Assembly: GCA_025603075.1 (NCBI GenBank)
Contig: MU626284.1
Coordinates: forward strand, 1 to 64,000
Length of the DNA stretch: 64,000 bases
Direction of reading: 5' to 3'
Source: Neoconidiobolus thromboides FSU 785
Lineage: Eukaryota > Fungi > Entomophthoromycota
Positions 1-13,148 of this stretch are shown here, one piece after another. Numbering within the stretch: position 1 is the stretch's first letter; every line of letters begins with the position of its first letter. The notes beneath the pieces were generated by a model. It did no database searches. It was given only the letters and a program-made list of their open reading frames with translations, and was not told where the DNA came from. The position numbers and the translations under genes are program-made.

Positions 1-302
1 AGAAATTAATCCAAATTTTATTTTTGAATTTGTGTCTAATGTGACGGTTAAATCTAAAAAGCCTAAAATTAAATCTCTTTATTTAAAACTTTCATAACCA
101 AACTTCGGAATGGAATTTTTGAAAATTTCAATACAATAGCTGTTTTTGACTCCAAACACTGAGTACCAGATTTCACACTTAGGAATATATTAATAATGTA
201 ATTATAAGATTAAAATAGTTTATTTATTTGATAACAAATCTACAATGTTGGCTATAAAGCAGTCGATAATGAGTATTTCTCAATAAAGTTTTATAAGAAT
301 AT

Positions 303-398
303 GGGGATGTATTTTTCGGTTAAGAATTTTGCTAATAATCTTTCCACTCAAATGGTGCCTAAAAATGGAAAAAGTAATGAAGACAAAAAAACATCCCC
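303..398 (+). mobile_element. MITE family copy (96 bp), with a matching empty site elsewhere in the window
   Basis: TIRs GGGGATGTATTTTT...AAAAAAACATCCCC, flanked by ATAT on both sides (299-302, 399-402). The paralogous block at about 21807-21810 (minus strand) lacks it. Confidence 0.9.
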
Positions 399-608
399 AT
401 ATGTATTTAAGATTTAGTAGAAACTCAACCAACTTACAGTATAGACTATAGTAGAATAATTTAGAACTGTGTCAGGTTGCTCTTGTTTTAATAAAAAATT
501 TGATTTTGTACAACTTTAAGCGAAGTTTTTAAAATACAAAATATTTAAAAATTAGATAAAACAATGAAACTAATTTAGACAACCCCATCTATTAATCTAG
601 ATACTAGT

Positions 609-860
609 CAGCTACAGGGGTTTAAGCTAGAATATCATTACACATTAAAAGTGGAGTTGATAAAATCTATTATAAAGTAACAATAGCTAGTAATACGGAA
701 CTAAGAAGAGAGTTAAGAAGAGTGATAGTATGTATTAATTATCTTTATGCGTTTTTGGTATCACCTTTGCTATTAGGAGCGGCCTTAGGTTTTTGTTTAC
801 GTTTTTAGGTGAAGGATGGTATTTTTAATACCTTTTTAATATTTTTTCAATATCAACTAC
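609..860 (+). pseudogene. Decayed copy of the 2-TM/PPxY family
   Basis: Translates QLQGFKLEYHYTLK, frameshift, ...KIYYKVTIASNTELRRELRRVIV...LVSPLLLGAALGF*, matching exon 1 of the 3010 and 4315 genes. Approximate ends. Confidence 0.7.
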
Positions 861-1009
861 TAATTTGACTTAAGGCAGCTTATTGTTTAAATCATCGGTT
901 AATAAAAAATAAGAATTACTGTGGCAAAGGCATTACTAAATAAAAAACGGTACTATTTTTTGAAGACTAGCTTAGGTTGGTTTGATATATGCAACATAAT
1001 CAAATATAT

Positions 1010-1108
1010 GGGAGTGTTTTTTTCGGCTTCATTATTTTTTCCATCTTTTAAGCGCTATTTCAGTGGAAAACTTGTTGGTAAAATTCTTAAACAAAAAAAT
1101 ACACCCCC
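1010..1108 (-). mobile_element. MITE family copy
   Basis: ATAT-GGGAGTGTTTTTT...AAAAAAATACACCCCC-ATAT; interior matches the consensus in reverse. Confidence 0.85.
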
Positions 1109-1693
1109 ATATCTAAGTTATGTTTTCATAAAATCACATTCTCAAAAATCAAATACAACCATAAAAAATAAAACTGTATATCCCTTGAGAACTAAGACTA
1201 AAAGTATTATAATTTTTCTGTTTTAAAAGGAATTTTGGTAATGAAATATGCTATGCTTCCTTTCAAATTGTATTATAGCTTTAAGAAAATCCCTCATTCC
1301 AAAGCTTACCATTACAAATATTTTTCTATCACATCAGCTATTGGCTTTTATAAATAATAATCTAATAAAATTTATTCTTTACTTTTATAAATTAAGAATG
1401 CCATTTTGGTTATACATTTTGAAATTGTAACACAACTGAACTATAGATATTCTTTTTAAAAATGATGATAGAAACTGCAGTAAAAATGATTGACTGCTAC
1501 TATGCTGTTAAACCGAATAGAAGGTAGTACATAAACAGGACATCATTGTGGAAGTCAATTTTTTTGATTGATCTCAAGTTGTTAAGAGGAAGGAAAAGAT
1601 AATTCTAATTTCAATTACAATTACAATTTAACAAAAAATAAAATCGTTTTATAGTTTTAAAAGTTTTCAGATCAAATGTAACATCTGCTAAGT

Positions 1694-2404
1694 ATAAAAA
1701 CCTGCAGAGTACTAACAAATTATCTACGGCCAATAATGAATCACAACTATAGTTTGGTAATCCAAATATCGATCAGTTACATGGGTTCCAATTGAAATAC
1801 TTTTACATTTCAACACAACCTTGATAAAATTTGTTATAAAATAATGATATACGGTAGCAAGGAATTTAAAAAATTTGAAAGGGGTGATAATGTACATTTA
1901 TTGCATTCAATTATTTTTAACCTTACCTTTGCTCTTGGGAGCAGCCTTTGGAGTTTTGTTTGTATATTTAGGCAAAGTATACTATATTTACTATTATATG
2001 CTATCCTTTCAGCATTTATCCTTAGTTCTAATATTCAACTTTACGCAAGTTTTCTTGCTAATCTTATAATATATGGGATATATTCCTTTGTTTAAGAATT
2101 TACTAACAACCTTTCCGCTCAAATAGCGCTTAAAAAATGGAAAAAACAATGAAACCTAGAAAAATATCTCTATATATTAATCGAAATTTTAGTTTTCAAT
2201 GTATTATTTAAATTTTATTTATAGTAAGCAAAGTTATATAAAATTAAATAAATATATAGTTGTTTTAAATTGCTTGATGAAAGTGAACAATTAGTAGATG
2301 AATTAATTGATCATCAATCTGGAACTAAAAAATTATGTATGTGTTACTTCTCCTAGTTTATAGTAAGCTGCTAAATCATCACCTGCTTATGAATCCACTA
2401 ATTA
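1694..2404 (+). pseudogene. Pseudogene of the 2-TM/PPxY family with a MITE in its intron
   Basis: NLQSTNKLSTANNESQL*..., CYKIMIYGSKEFKK, frameshifts, donor site reads GCAAGT, MITE at 2075-2171, exon-2 remnant SKQSYIKLNK...SPAYES. Start codon lost. Confidence 0.8.
2075..2171 (+). mobile_element. MITE family copy
   Basis: Interior TAAGAATTTACTAACAACCTTTCCGCTCAAATAGCGCTTAAAAAATGGAAAAA matches the consensus; TIRs degenerate. Confidence 0.8.
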
Positions 2405-2410
2405 ATAATT

Positions 2411-2507
2411 GGGGATGTATTTTTGTATTTAAGAATTTTGCTACCAATTTTTCCACTCAAATAGCGCTTGAAAGATGGAAAAAGTAATAAAGGAAGGAAA
2501 ACACCCC
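2411..2507 (+). mobile_element. MITE family copy
   Basis: GGGGATGTATTTTT...GGAAAACACCCC with consensus interior. Confidence 0.85.
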
Positions 2508-3009
2508 AAAATGTTAGTATAAAGGTGTAATTCAGACCTATCACTACACAAGTTTTGATATTCTTCAAAAACCATAGGGGTTGTTATTTATCTAAGTTGT
2601 GAGAGCACTTTATGTCTACTAATTTATCAACAAAAATTAGTTCTCAAAGTTAAAAGAAGTATTTGTAAGCTTATTACACTGAAAAGAAACAGATAAAAAG
2701 TTCTACTCTCTTTTATGACTTCGCACTCTAACTACTTTTTTCTAATTTATATTAATGGTTTCATAAACTTTCTATAAATCTTATAAGAATTCTTTTTAGA
2801 GCTATTCGTAATCGATTTGCGGCAAAATACTTCATTAATATACCGTTAAGTAAAATAGAAGAAAAATCATAAATAGAAGGTTGGTTTCAAAAAGCTATCT
2901 GTTCGGTTTATTCAGACAGTTTAAATATATAGAAAAATTTTTAATTAATTTACTAAAAAAAGTTCACTTATTTTAAATTTTAAAATTAACCAATAACTAT
3001 ATTCAGGCT

Positions 3010-3643
3010 ATGAATCTACAAAATACTGTTGAATTACCTACAATCAATAATGACATGTCACAATCAGAATTTACTAATACAACTAGTGGTCTATCACACG
3101 GGTTTAAATTAAAATCTCATTACACGTTGAAATTTACTCTTGATGAAGCTTGTTATAATATAATAATGTATGGCGACATGAATCAAAAAAAGGAATTAAA
3201 GAGAGTGATAGTACGTACTTATTGCTTGCGAATATTTCTAATCTTACCTTTAATATCTGGGGTAGTTTTTGGAGCTTTATATCTATTTCTAGGTAAGAAG
3301 TACTCCATTTACTACCTATTGATTATCTTTATATTCCTTATCCCTACTCTTAGTTTTCAAGTTTATGTAAGTTCAATTTTTTACATTTTGTGTCTTAAGT
3401 TAATAAAACTTTTAGTATTTAATGCATTATTTAGCATCTGTTCATAGCAAACAAAGTTATATGAAATTAAATAAAAGCACAATCACTCGTATTGAGATGG
3501 ACAGAAGAGAGAGGGATCAGTTAGTATATTATCAAGATGAAACTGAGAGAGTGACTTATACGCTACCACCGCCACTTTATAGTCAAGCTGCTAAAGCCCC
3601 ACCTGCCTACGAATCTACTAGTTATAACCCATTTAATATTTAA
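3010..3643 (+). CDS. Uncharacterised 2-TM protein with C-terminal PPxY motifs (about 194 aa; exons 3010-3366, 3416-3643)
   Basis: A phase-0 intron GTAAGT...TTTTAG (49 bp) joins ORFs 3010 and 3422 in frame; two hydrophobic helices; tail LPPPLY...APPAY. Confidence 0.85.
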
Positions 3644-4127
3644 AATGAAATTGTATTTTGCTTTGTTAGTGTTTTTACTCATAGATACTTTTTTCTAAAA
3701 GTAATTAACAGTAGTTTGCCCTGAAATGGGTTATCATTTAACTTATTAGCGTATATAAACAAAATAAAATAACATTCGCTTTAATTAAAGTTTTGAATAT
3801 AATCAGTAATATTGTTTTTAATGTAAGATTAAAATAATTCAATACCTATATCATAATTTAAAGAGCTGAAACGATACTGATTGTAACCAAAGTTTAACTT
3901 GTATTTTAAATTTTCAAATAAAATGGCCTTCAAAATAAGTAGGTTCAATTATAAAGTTATCATACTTATATTTTCCTTAATAAAGGTAGTTTTCTGTATA
4001 ATTCAAAACTATTGTCATTTTCAATAGCTATAACTTAAATACTAACTTTATTTTATTTTTACAAGAACATGTTTTTTGTTATGCTCTTGATTCGTTGCCC
4101 CATGTACACAACAGCTAATTGAATTCC

Positions 4128-4144
4128 TAACTGGCGGCGAAATG
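4128..4144 (+). promoter_or_regulatory. Conserved upstream motif of the 2-TM/PPxY family
   Basis: TAACTGGCGGCGAAATG about 185 bp upstream of the ATG at 4315. Similar motifs lie about 190-220 bp upstream of the paralogs (24320-24336 minus, 25682-25698 minus, weaker at about 2812-2830). Confidence 0.45.
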
Positions 4145-4314
4145 GTTCTTTATTGGTATAGAATTAAGTAAAATAGAAAAATAAAGAGGTACATAGAAGG
4201 ATTATTATAAAACTTAAATTTATTCGGTTGAATTCAGACAATTTAAATAAAAAAAATAATAGTTAGTTTCATTTGAATTACTAGAGAAAATTAACGAACA
4301 TTTGCACTCAGATT

Positions 4315-4941
4315 ATGAGCCTAGAGAGCGTTGTTGGGTTATCTACAATCACTCATAATAGCTCACTGTCAGAGCCTATTAATTCAACTACTCATCCATT
4401 AAAAGGGCTCAAATTAAGATCAGAGTACACTTTTAAATGTAATCTTGACGAGGTATGCTACAAAGTAATGGTATATGGTGATATCAATCTAAAAAAAGAA
4501 TTGAAAAGAACAATAATAAATACTTATTGCTTTCGAATGTTTTTAGTTTTACCTATATCATTTGGTGCATTATTCGGATTTATAGCAATACTTGGAAGCA
4601 GAGAGTATTTACTTTCTTGCCTATTAGCTATTACTGCATTATTTATACTTAGTTTTGGTATTCAACTTTATGTGAGTCTTTTATTTCTTATTTTTTATCT
4701 TTAATTGATAAAAATTTAGTTTTTAGCCCATTATCTAAAATCCGTCCATAGTAAACAAAGTTATATAAAGCTAAATAAGCTTACAGTCGCTCATTTTGAA
4801 AAATCTATAGGAGCAAGAGATCAAACAACAAATGAGCAGGCAGACTCTCGACCTCAAACAGAAAGAGAGATTTATGTCCTACCTCCACCACTTTATAATC
4901 AAGCTTTCGACTCACCACCTGCTTATCAATCCCCTAGTTGA
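4315..4941 (+). CDS. Uncharacterised 2-TM protein with PPxY motifs (about 192 aa; exons 4315-4671, 4720-4941)
   Basis: Intron GTGAGT...TTTAG (48 bp) at the same position as in paralogs; exon 2 reads FLAHYLKSVHSKQSY...LPPPLYNQAFDSPPAYQSPS*. Confidence 0.85.
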
Positions 4942-5824
4942 TTATATAACATATTATTATAGTTTTGTAAATAATAACTATTATTAACTTTATTTCATTA
5001 TTATTTAAAATAATTTTGCAATGACATTTAATCTAATAAAATCAAGATATTAAAATTTTTAGTGAAGTTAAAAATTAAGAATTCTAAATATGGTAAGTAA
5101 AATTCAATTAAAATTGAGAAAAAGATTACTATCAAAAGATATTGAAAAGATATTTATCTATTCCTTTTATGATAAATAATCTTAGTAGAGGGAGTTGGTA
5201 TTATTTTAAAATAATGAGGAGTTTATAGCTAGGAAGATTCAACTATTAAAAATATATATAGATGCCTCCTGAAATATAATATTAGAATCTATAAATAAAA
5301 TATACTTTTCTCTACGAAACCTCAAAGGAATATTAAAGTTGCCAAGTTAGTAAGTTTGTTAATGGATTCTGATAATCATATATAAAAACATATTCTATTA
5401 AGAAAAATCCATGGATATTCAGTGTTTACATTGATAAGAATCTAAAAAAGAAATATAAAAGTTTGGTGTAATAGAATCCAATTTTGCTTCACAGTATCCA
5501 GTTTTTTAATACTTTTAATAATAATACCGGCTACCTTTATAACTATTTTGCCTATTTAACAAATATATAAATTTTTAATGTAATGTCAAGTTCAATCATC
5601 AGAATATATTTCAAACTAAACTTGAATTTTAATCCAACAAATTCCTAACTTCCGTCTGCTAATTTTTAGAACCCAACAAATCCTGAGCATAAATTAACGA
5701 ATAGTCTAGTCACTTCCCCTCAGATTTACTCATCAAGTTTTTAACTATGATAAAATAAAAAATAAATAAATTCCGAAAAAGTTCATTTTTTAATTGAGCT
5801 TTTTCTCGAAAAGCTTAGTTAAAG

Positions 5825-8800
5825 ATGAAAGATATGAATTGTAATGAAATTCAAGAAAATGAAATTGAAGCTTTAAAAGCGATTTATATGGTAAATTTAT
5901 ATTCTATTTGTTAATAGGTTTTATATAATTATTGTAGGATGATTTTGAAATTATCGAATCGAATGTTCGATCTTGGAAGGTAAAATGAAGATTTAGATAA
6001 ATGGTTTAATATAATAACTGAAATGTTATTAGGTATCAAAAAAATATAAAGAATTTAAGATCAAAATCAAACCGATGGATGAAAGTATACGAGATAATGT
6101 GGAGATCTATGTAAATATCAAGTAATTCGGACATCATTATTCAAAATAAAATAAAATAGAGTAATTGAATATTTCAGGTTCCCACCAGCTTATCCAGTAA
6201 TAGCTCCAGAAATATTTTTAGAATCCCCAAAAGGGTTATCAGAAAGCCAATATAATGAGCTTAAAAAAACGATCAAAAATAAAACTCAAGAATTATTGGG
6301 TTCCGAAATGGTATTTGATCTATGTGATTTGGTTTTGGAGTACATTACCAATAACCATGTAGATGATAAAACTAGTTCATTTCATCAACAGATGATTGAA
6401 AGACAAGAGAAATCGATTAAAGTAAGAGATTTTATTTTTAATTAATTTCGAATTAGATTTATAGACTCAATATTAGGAAGAAGAAGAAAAAGCCCAAAAA
6501 GAATATGAAAGAATATTACAATTAGAAAAAGAAAAAGAAGAAAAAGAAAAAGAAACATTATCTAAAGCACTTGAAGCGGAGTTATTTAAAAAAGAACAAA
6601 AATTGCAAGAAGAAAGATTGAAAAGGAAATTAATCAAAACAGAATATAACTTAGGTTCGCTAATTGAATTTGATCGTCCAATTAATATTTATTTTAACTC
6701 TTCCCATTCACAGGTAATTAGGATTTATATTAGTATACTCTTTTTTTGAAAGATAAATTATATAGCCATTGACTTTCTTAGCTGTAACTTTGGGACCTTG
6801 TATATCCAAAGGTAACTTTTAGTATAGTTTGTAATTTACTTAAATTCTAAAAGAAGAAAGATAAATATTGTAAAACGTATTTTGCATTACCATATAATCC
6901 AATAACAAATGGGGATACAACAACACCGCCCTTATTAATTGAAGAAATTATCTTATTTCCACAAACAGAAAACAAGATTCAAGCGATTGAAGATGTAATT
7001 TTATAAGTTGATATTAATATACATCTTATTAACTTAAGTTTTAAATAGCTACGAAAAATTGAAGATACTTTAGAAAAGTTAAAAAATATACGTCATCCAG
7101 GTATCTTAATGATTTATGAATTTAAGGTGGATGATTTAGATTTAAATAACATCTCTTGGAAGTTATTAATATTACAAGAAACTCGATTATTATCTTCCAG
7201 TTTAAAAAATTCATTAAAAAAGTGTGGACCTTTGAGTATCAGTTTAGCTAGAGTCTATTTTAAAGAGTTAATTAAAGCGGTACAAGTTTTACATCTAAAT
7301 AACATTAATTATAATTGTAAGAGAACTCTTATGAGATTAAAATAGTAGTTTTTATCAATGACGATTTTTTAGATATTCGTACCGATAAAATTATATTAGA
7401 TTGTGAAGAAGAAACTATTGAAAATTCAAATATGGAATCCTATTTTGATCAAGTTTATTCTTCTGTTAAATTAATTTCTAGAAATTATTTACAATATTCT
7501 ACAAGTAAATATAATAATAGTGATAATGAATATTACTTTATTAAATTGGATTTAATTAGATCTTAACGAGGGATGCTTTGCAAATGATTCAAAATGGTAA
7601 TTTATTATCATTTTTTTATAAAAGAAATCAGTATTAATTAAAATAGGGCACCTCCTGAATCTAGATGTGAAACGGAACTTGATAGGTAAATTTCAATTTT
7701 AAAAAATTTAGTTCAATGATGACTAACATGATAAAAGTCAAGGAGATATTTGGGATTTAGGAATCGTATTAGTTGAAATGTTACTTGGTCCAAAAATACT
7801 CGATTCTTATACTTCACTAACAGATTTATTAGAAACTTGTAAGGCCGTTTACTTTATAATAGAAAATCTAATGAAATATATTAGCTTTTGGCCATTTTGA
7901 TATTCATGCGCGTGATTTAATTAATTCAATGCTTCAAATGTAAGTTATTTGTTTTTTAATCTTTAATTGCTTGTAATCTAATTGTATTTTAAAAAAGAGA
8001 TGCAAGAGATCGACCTAAATTAAATAAAATATTAACTCATCCATTTTTAAAAAATGAAACTGTTATGGTATCATTTTCAGGTAATTTAAGCATCATTATT
8101 AAGTAATATTATAATTCAATTAATTTTATATTCCATATTAACAGAACATTTGAACAATCCCAATTCAAGCGGATCTAATAAAACGCAACAAATGATGATG
8201 GCTAGTTCACCAGAATCTAATCCAAGTAATTCTTTTCAATATAAATCAATGATGGAACAAGCTCAAAATTTAACAAAATCAATATCAAGATATGAAAATG
8301 ATTTTGAAGAACTACAATTTTTGGGTAGAGGTAATTATAATAATATTGACAATATTAATAATATAATTAATCTTTGTTCATTTATTAGGTGGTTTTGGCG
8401 AAGTTGTTAAAGCAAGAAATAAACTTGATGGAAGGTAATTTAAGTTATAATTTAAATTATTATATAAATTACTAATTTATTTATCCAGGATTTATGCTGT
8501 AAATTAATTAGTTAATTTAATTTATGAACATAGCACTAAAATTTATTTAGATAAAAAAAGTGAAATTAGATACAAAAGATACAGAAAATAGTAGAAAAAT
8601 ATTAAGAGAGGTATCTGCCTTGTCTAGATTACACCATCAATATATTGTTAGATATTATACTGCTTGGTTAGAAAGTAAGTTTATATTTTTAATAAACAAA
8701 ATAAATTATTGATAAATCATTATAGACGGTAATGGAGCATGGGATGAAGATACGTCAGAAGATAATTCAGACAGCGAAGAAAGTGATAGTGAAGTTAGTG

Positions 8801-11800
8801 ATATGGATGGCGTAGAAGGTGATTTTTTATATACAGAAAAATCGACTAGTTTTAGTATAAAAAAATCAATGCCAATAAGATTTAAAAGAAGTCAAAGTGG
8901 GCATACTGAATCATATGATGATAATTCATATTATGATTCTGAATCAAATAGTCAAAGTAGTGGATTATCATATAGATGTTTATACATTCAAATGGAATAT
9001 TGTGATAAAAATACATTAAGAGATGTAATCGATGAGTCTATTAGTATTGATGAATGTTGGAGAATATTAAGACAAATATTGGAAGGATTAGATCACTTGC
9101 ATAGCCAAGGTATGATTCATCGAGACCTCAAACCAAGTAATTTATTTTTGGCTGCTAATGGGGATGTTAAAATTGGTGATTTTGGATTAGCAACTTCAAG
9201 TAATAGTATGTCGGAAGGTGTCGGATCTAGAAGGATTAGTTATGAAATTTATAATGGATCTATGACATCTGAAGTTGGTACTTCCTTTTATATGTCGCCT
9301 GAAGTTGTATCAAAAACAGCAAGATATAATCAAAAAGTAGATATGTATTCTTTAGGTATCATATTTTTTGAAATGATTTATCCATTTTCTACAGGGATGG
9401 AAAGGGCTATGATATTAAGAGATTTAAGATTACCAACGATTTTATTTCCACAAAACTTTCCATCTAATTTAAAAGTACAAGCTAAAATCATACAAAGTTT
9501 ATTAAACCATAATGAAAAAGAAAGACCAACGGCATTAGAATTATTACAAAGTAATTTATTACCAACACGTATAGAAGACGAATATATTCAGGAATGTATA
9601 AGAACAATAGCTAATCCAACTACTCCACATTATGGAAAATTAATGAATACTTTATTTTCCCAACCAATCGATCGTCATAAAGATTTAGTTTATGATCATA
9701 AAACTAAAAATAGTGGGGAATTGCCAGCTGCTGTTTATTCTGAATTTATACGTTCATTATTAACTGTTGTATTTAAGCGACATGGAGCAGTAGAATTTAT
9801 AGCTCCACTATTGATACCAAAATCAGAAAAATTTTCTGAATTCCAAAAGCCGGCTTATCTATTAGATCCCTCAGGTAATATTGTTCAAATGCCTTATGAT
9901 CTTACCCTTCCATTTGTAAGATTTATGTCCCGTAGCAACATTCTAGCCTTAAAAAGATTTACATTTGATCGAGTTTATCGACAGAATATGGAAGATGATA
10001 GTTTAATTGAAGTCCAAGAAGCAGATTTTGATATTATAACAACTAATAAAGAAGATATTGTTTCTGAATCTGAAGTCATGAAGATAGTAGATGAAATTAT
10101 GGATTCTTTACCAATTAGTATGGTAACAGATTGTTATTTTCAAATTAACCATGGATTACTAGCTACAATTATAATGGATGCTTGCAAAGTACCTAAACAA
10201 AAAAGAGCTAATGTGGCTGTTATTTTATCTCAATTAGAAGCCCCAAAAACACTATTACAAGTGAGATCGTTATTAAGTCGATGTCATTTGTCTAAAGCTA
10301 TGGTAGAAGAATTATTATTATTATATGCAACTGGAGATTTAGATTTATGTCATAACAAATTACGTAAAATGAGTTTATTAAAAGGATATAAAGCAACAAT
10401 TGACAAATTATTTGAGCATTTAAAAAAAGTAGTCTATTATTGTAAAAAATTAGGAATTAATCGAAAAATTATCTTTAATTCCTTTAATATGTATAATTTA
10501 CAATACTACGAAAGCGGTATTATGTTTCGGATGATTAGAGATGGTAAAAAAGGGGATATTTTGGCAGTCGGTGGGAGATATGATTCCCTTCTAAGTAGGT
10601 ATAGAAGTCCACTAGCATCGACTATTCCATTGAAATATGGGGTAGGAGTTTCTATTGCTTTACAAAAACTTACCTTATTATTGTCTCAATATGAAACTCA
10701 AAAAAACAATAGTAAAAAAGGGGATGAAGATCGTAATACGAATATTTGGATACCAAAAATTGTAAATTGTTATTTAAATATATTAAGATTAATATCCAAT
10801 TAATTAATATTTTAGTTGGATGTTTATATAACATCATTTGGTAAAGGATTATATGAAGAAAGATTAGATATAGCACGAGAATTATGGAATCATCAAATAC
10901 GATGTGATTATCGACGAGAAGAAGAAGCCGAATTCAATTTAGATTTGTATTTACAAAATAATAAAATATTAGGGGTGAACTGGATTGTATTTGTTAAATC
11001 TACTAAAAAAGATGAACATTCAGTTAAAGTAAGAAATATTAATTTGAAATCGGAAGTGGAAGGTAAAGAATTATTACCATTTATGTGAGTTATGGATGAC
11101 TGATTGATTTTTTCATTAGTTCCATTGGCGGAATTGGCAAATTATTTAGCTAATGAAATTGCTGAAAATCATCGATTGGATTTACAAGCGGCAGGTATTA
11201 CGACAAGAAGAAAAATGGAATTTGGGAATAAATATTTGTTAGATGATGAAGGTAAAGTTGAATATCTAAAACCAATAATAAATAATAATAAGGGCAATTT
11301 TATTTAGGGTTATCATCAGGCTTATCCGATTTAAATATCAACTCAAGTTCAAGTTGCATGATTGACGAAGATATATTACCCACCTTTAACTTGAATTTAA
11401 TTAATACAGCACCTAATAAAGTGAATCCAAAAAGAAAAAGACAATTATTTGATAGAGGTAAGCTAAATAAGAAAACTAATTGTCATTATATTTTTTTATA
11501 AGTGTGTTAATGTGTGAATTGATTAGCTTTAGAAGCGGTATTGAAAATTGGTAAAAACGCGTTTAAATCTGGTACTCCAGTTTTAGTTATGGAATTATCA
11601 AGAGAAGGATTAAGAAAAATACTAGAATGTTCATTGCAAGATGAAGATAGTTTTAAAAAAAGTAAGTTTAAATTAAATCAACATTATTTGTTATTATTTA
11701 TATAAATTGCTTTAATTCATTATTGTTATCTTAGTGTTAAATACGTTACCATCAAATCAAAGAGCCCAAGTACAATTGGCTAGAAGTACCTTATTATCTT

Positions 11801-11889
11801 ATAATACATGTGTAGATAATGATACTTATTCTATGGCTTGGTTATATTCTATAAAGGATGATTGTGCCCTTTGTTATCAATTTAAATAG
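5825..11889 (+). CDS. GCN2: eIF2-alpha kinase GCN2 (multi-exon)
   Basis: N-terminal RWD (EIQENEIEALKAIYM|DDF), pseudokinase region, kinase ([49 protein letters not shown]), HisRS-like domain (LAVGGRYDSLL...GVGVSIAL) and C-terminal domain. Confidence 0.95.
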
Positions 11890-12070
11890 TTATGTTTTTA
11901 AAATAAAAGTTTTTTAGAAGCCAAATTTCAATTATACATTAATAGTGTATTATGTATATTTGTAAGAAATAAAACAATAACATCTGTTTATTTATTTTAA
12001 AAAAATAAGTCTTAACTTGTTTGCACTTCATTACTATCTAAGGCTTACTACGCATTTTTCTAATATATAT

Positions 12071-13026
12071 TTATTCCTCATCCAAACTCTGTCCCTCAAA
12101 GATGAATATTGGAATCTTCAACGTAATTAAAGGATGATTAATATTTTCAGCATCTTTAATTAATTGTTGATTATATTTCACTCTTCTTTTATCATATTTA
12201 CTTAATTTACTACTTTTAGTTTCTATTAAATTATTATTATCATTAGTATCTTCTTCATCTTTTTCTTTTTCTTTTCGGTTTTTTCCAACCATTTCCACAG
12301 GGGGATCATTTATTGGACTTTTTGCTAAGGTAGGTAAGATGATGGCAATATAAGCTTCCGTATTATACTAATAGTAAAATATTAATATATATTAATATTA
12401 TAAATCATTAAATAAACTTACCTTATCAAACAACAATTCTGGTTTATCTATTATTTTTTTATTAATTTCAATAATAGTACCATATAAATTAGCTCCAATT
12501 GGGAAATTTAATTCCTCTATCTTCCCTTCTTTTTCCAATTTCACTTGAATAGTAACTAATGTAGTATCTGGTTCTAGTTTATAAGCTCCTTTTTTTCTTT
12601 TTCCTACAGCTGGATTATCTAGGATGTTTTTGTTGATATCTAATTCGATGGATTTTATGAATGATAATTGTGATTTTAAGGAGAGAAAAGGATGGGTTTC
12701 ATGCAACATGATTAAACTAATACTATTTATATATTATGCGTTAAGTAAATATTAGCAATAAAAACGTCGTTTTTTATATTACCTACTAGGTGATTGATAG
12801 ATCATTTGATTTGAAAATTGAGAGTTAGGTTTAGCTTCTATTATGTAAATAAAAGATCAGGATGGGTTCAATAAAACATAGTTAACTTACTTGCTTCATA
12901 AATATTAAAATATCTTTCGACTGGACTAGTGATATTTTGATTCCAAGATTCTATTTTTTTTTCATATTTGCTTAAATCATACTGGATTTCCACTGTATCT
13001 ATATGCTCGCTAGGTTCACTAGTCAT
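12071..13026 (-). CDS. ABITRAM: ABITRAM/Simiate (FAM206A)-like protein, glycine-cleavage-H-like fold (multi-exon)
   Basis: Spliced product has IYQSPSSISLIMLHETHP, AVGKRKKGAYKL, GTIIEINKKIIDKPELLFDK and TEAYIAIILP. These parallel recalled FAM206A motifs (HP, VSGKFKRGA, EVNENILHKP, TEGYIAVVLP). Confidence 0.75.
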
Positions 13027-13148
13027 TATTCTTTTTTAGTTTGATAAAAGAGAATAAAAAACTAAGTTTTTAGTTTTCGAATATTCAAAAAATTTATTTT
13101 TTTACATTTTATTTTAAAGATTCACTAAAAACCAAAATAAATACAAAG

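Noticed and set aside
921-1226. ORFs 921-1226, 22275-22523, 47987-48262 and 55291-55476 sharing FF..LFFPFFKRY.SGK.V.KILK.KNT.P
   Set aside because: The shared peptide is just the translated MITE; non-ATG starts and no other coding signal
5120-5450. Kinase-like fragments (MPPEI, KKNPWI) upstream of GCN2
   Set aside because: Too many stops and too few motifs to distinguish from chance
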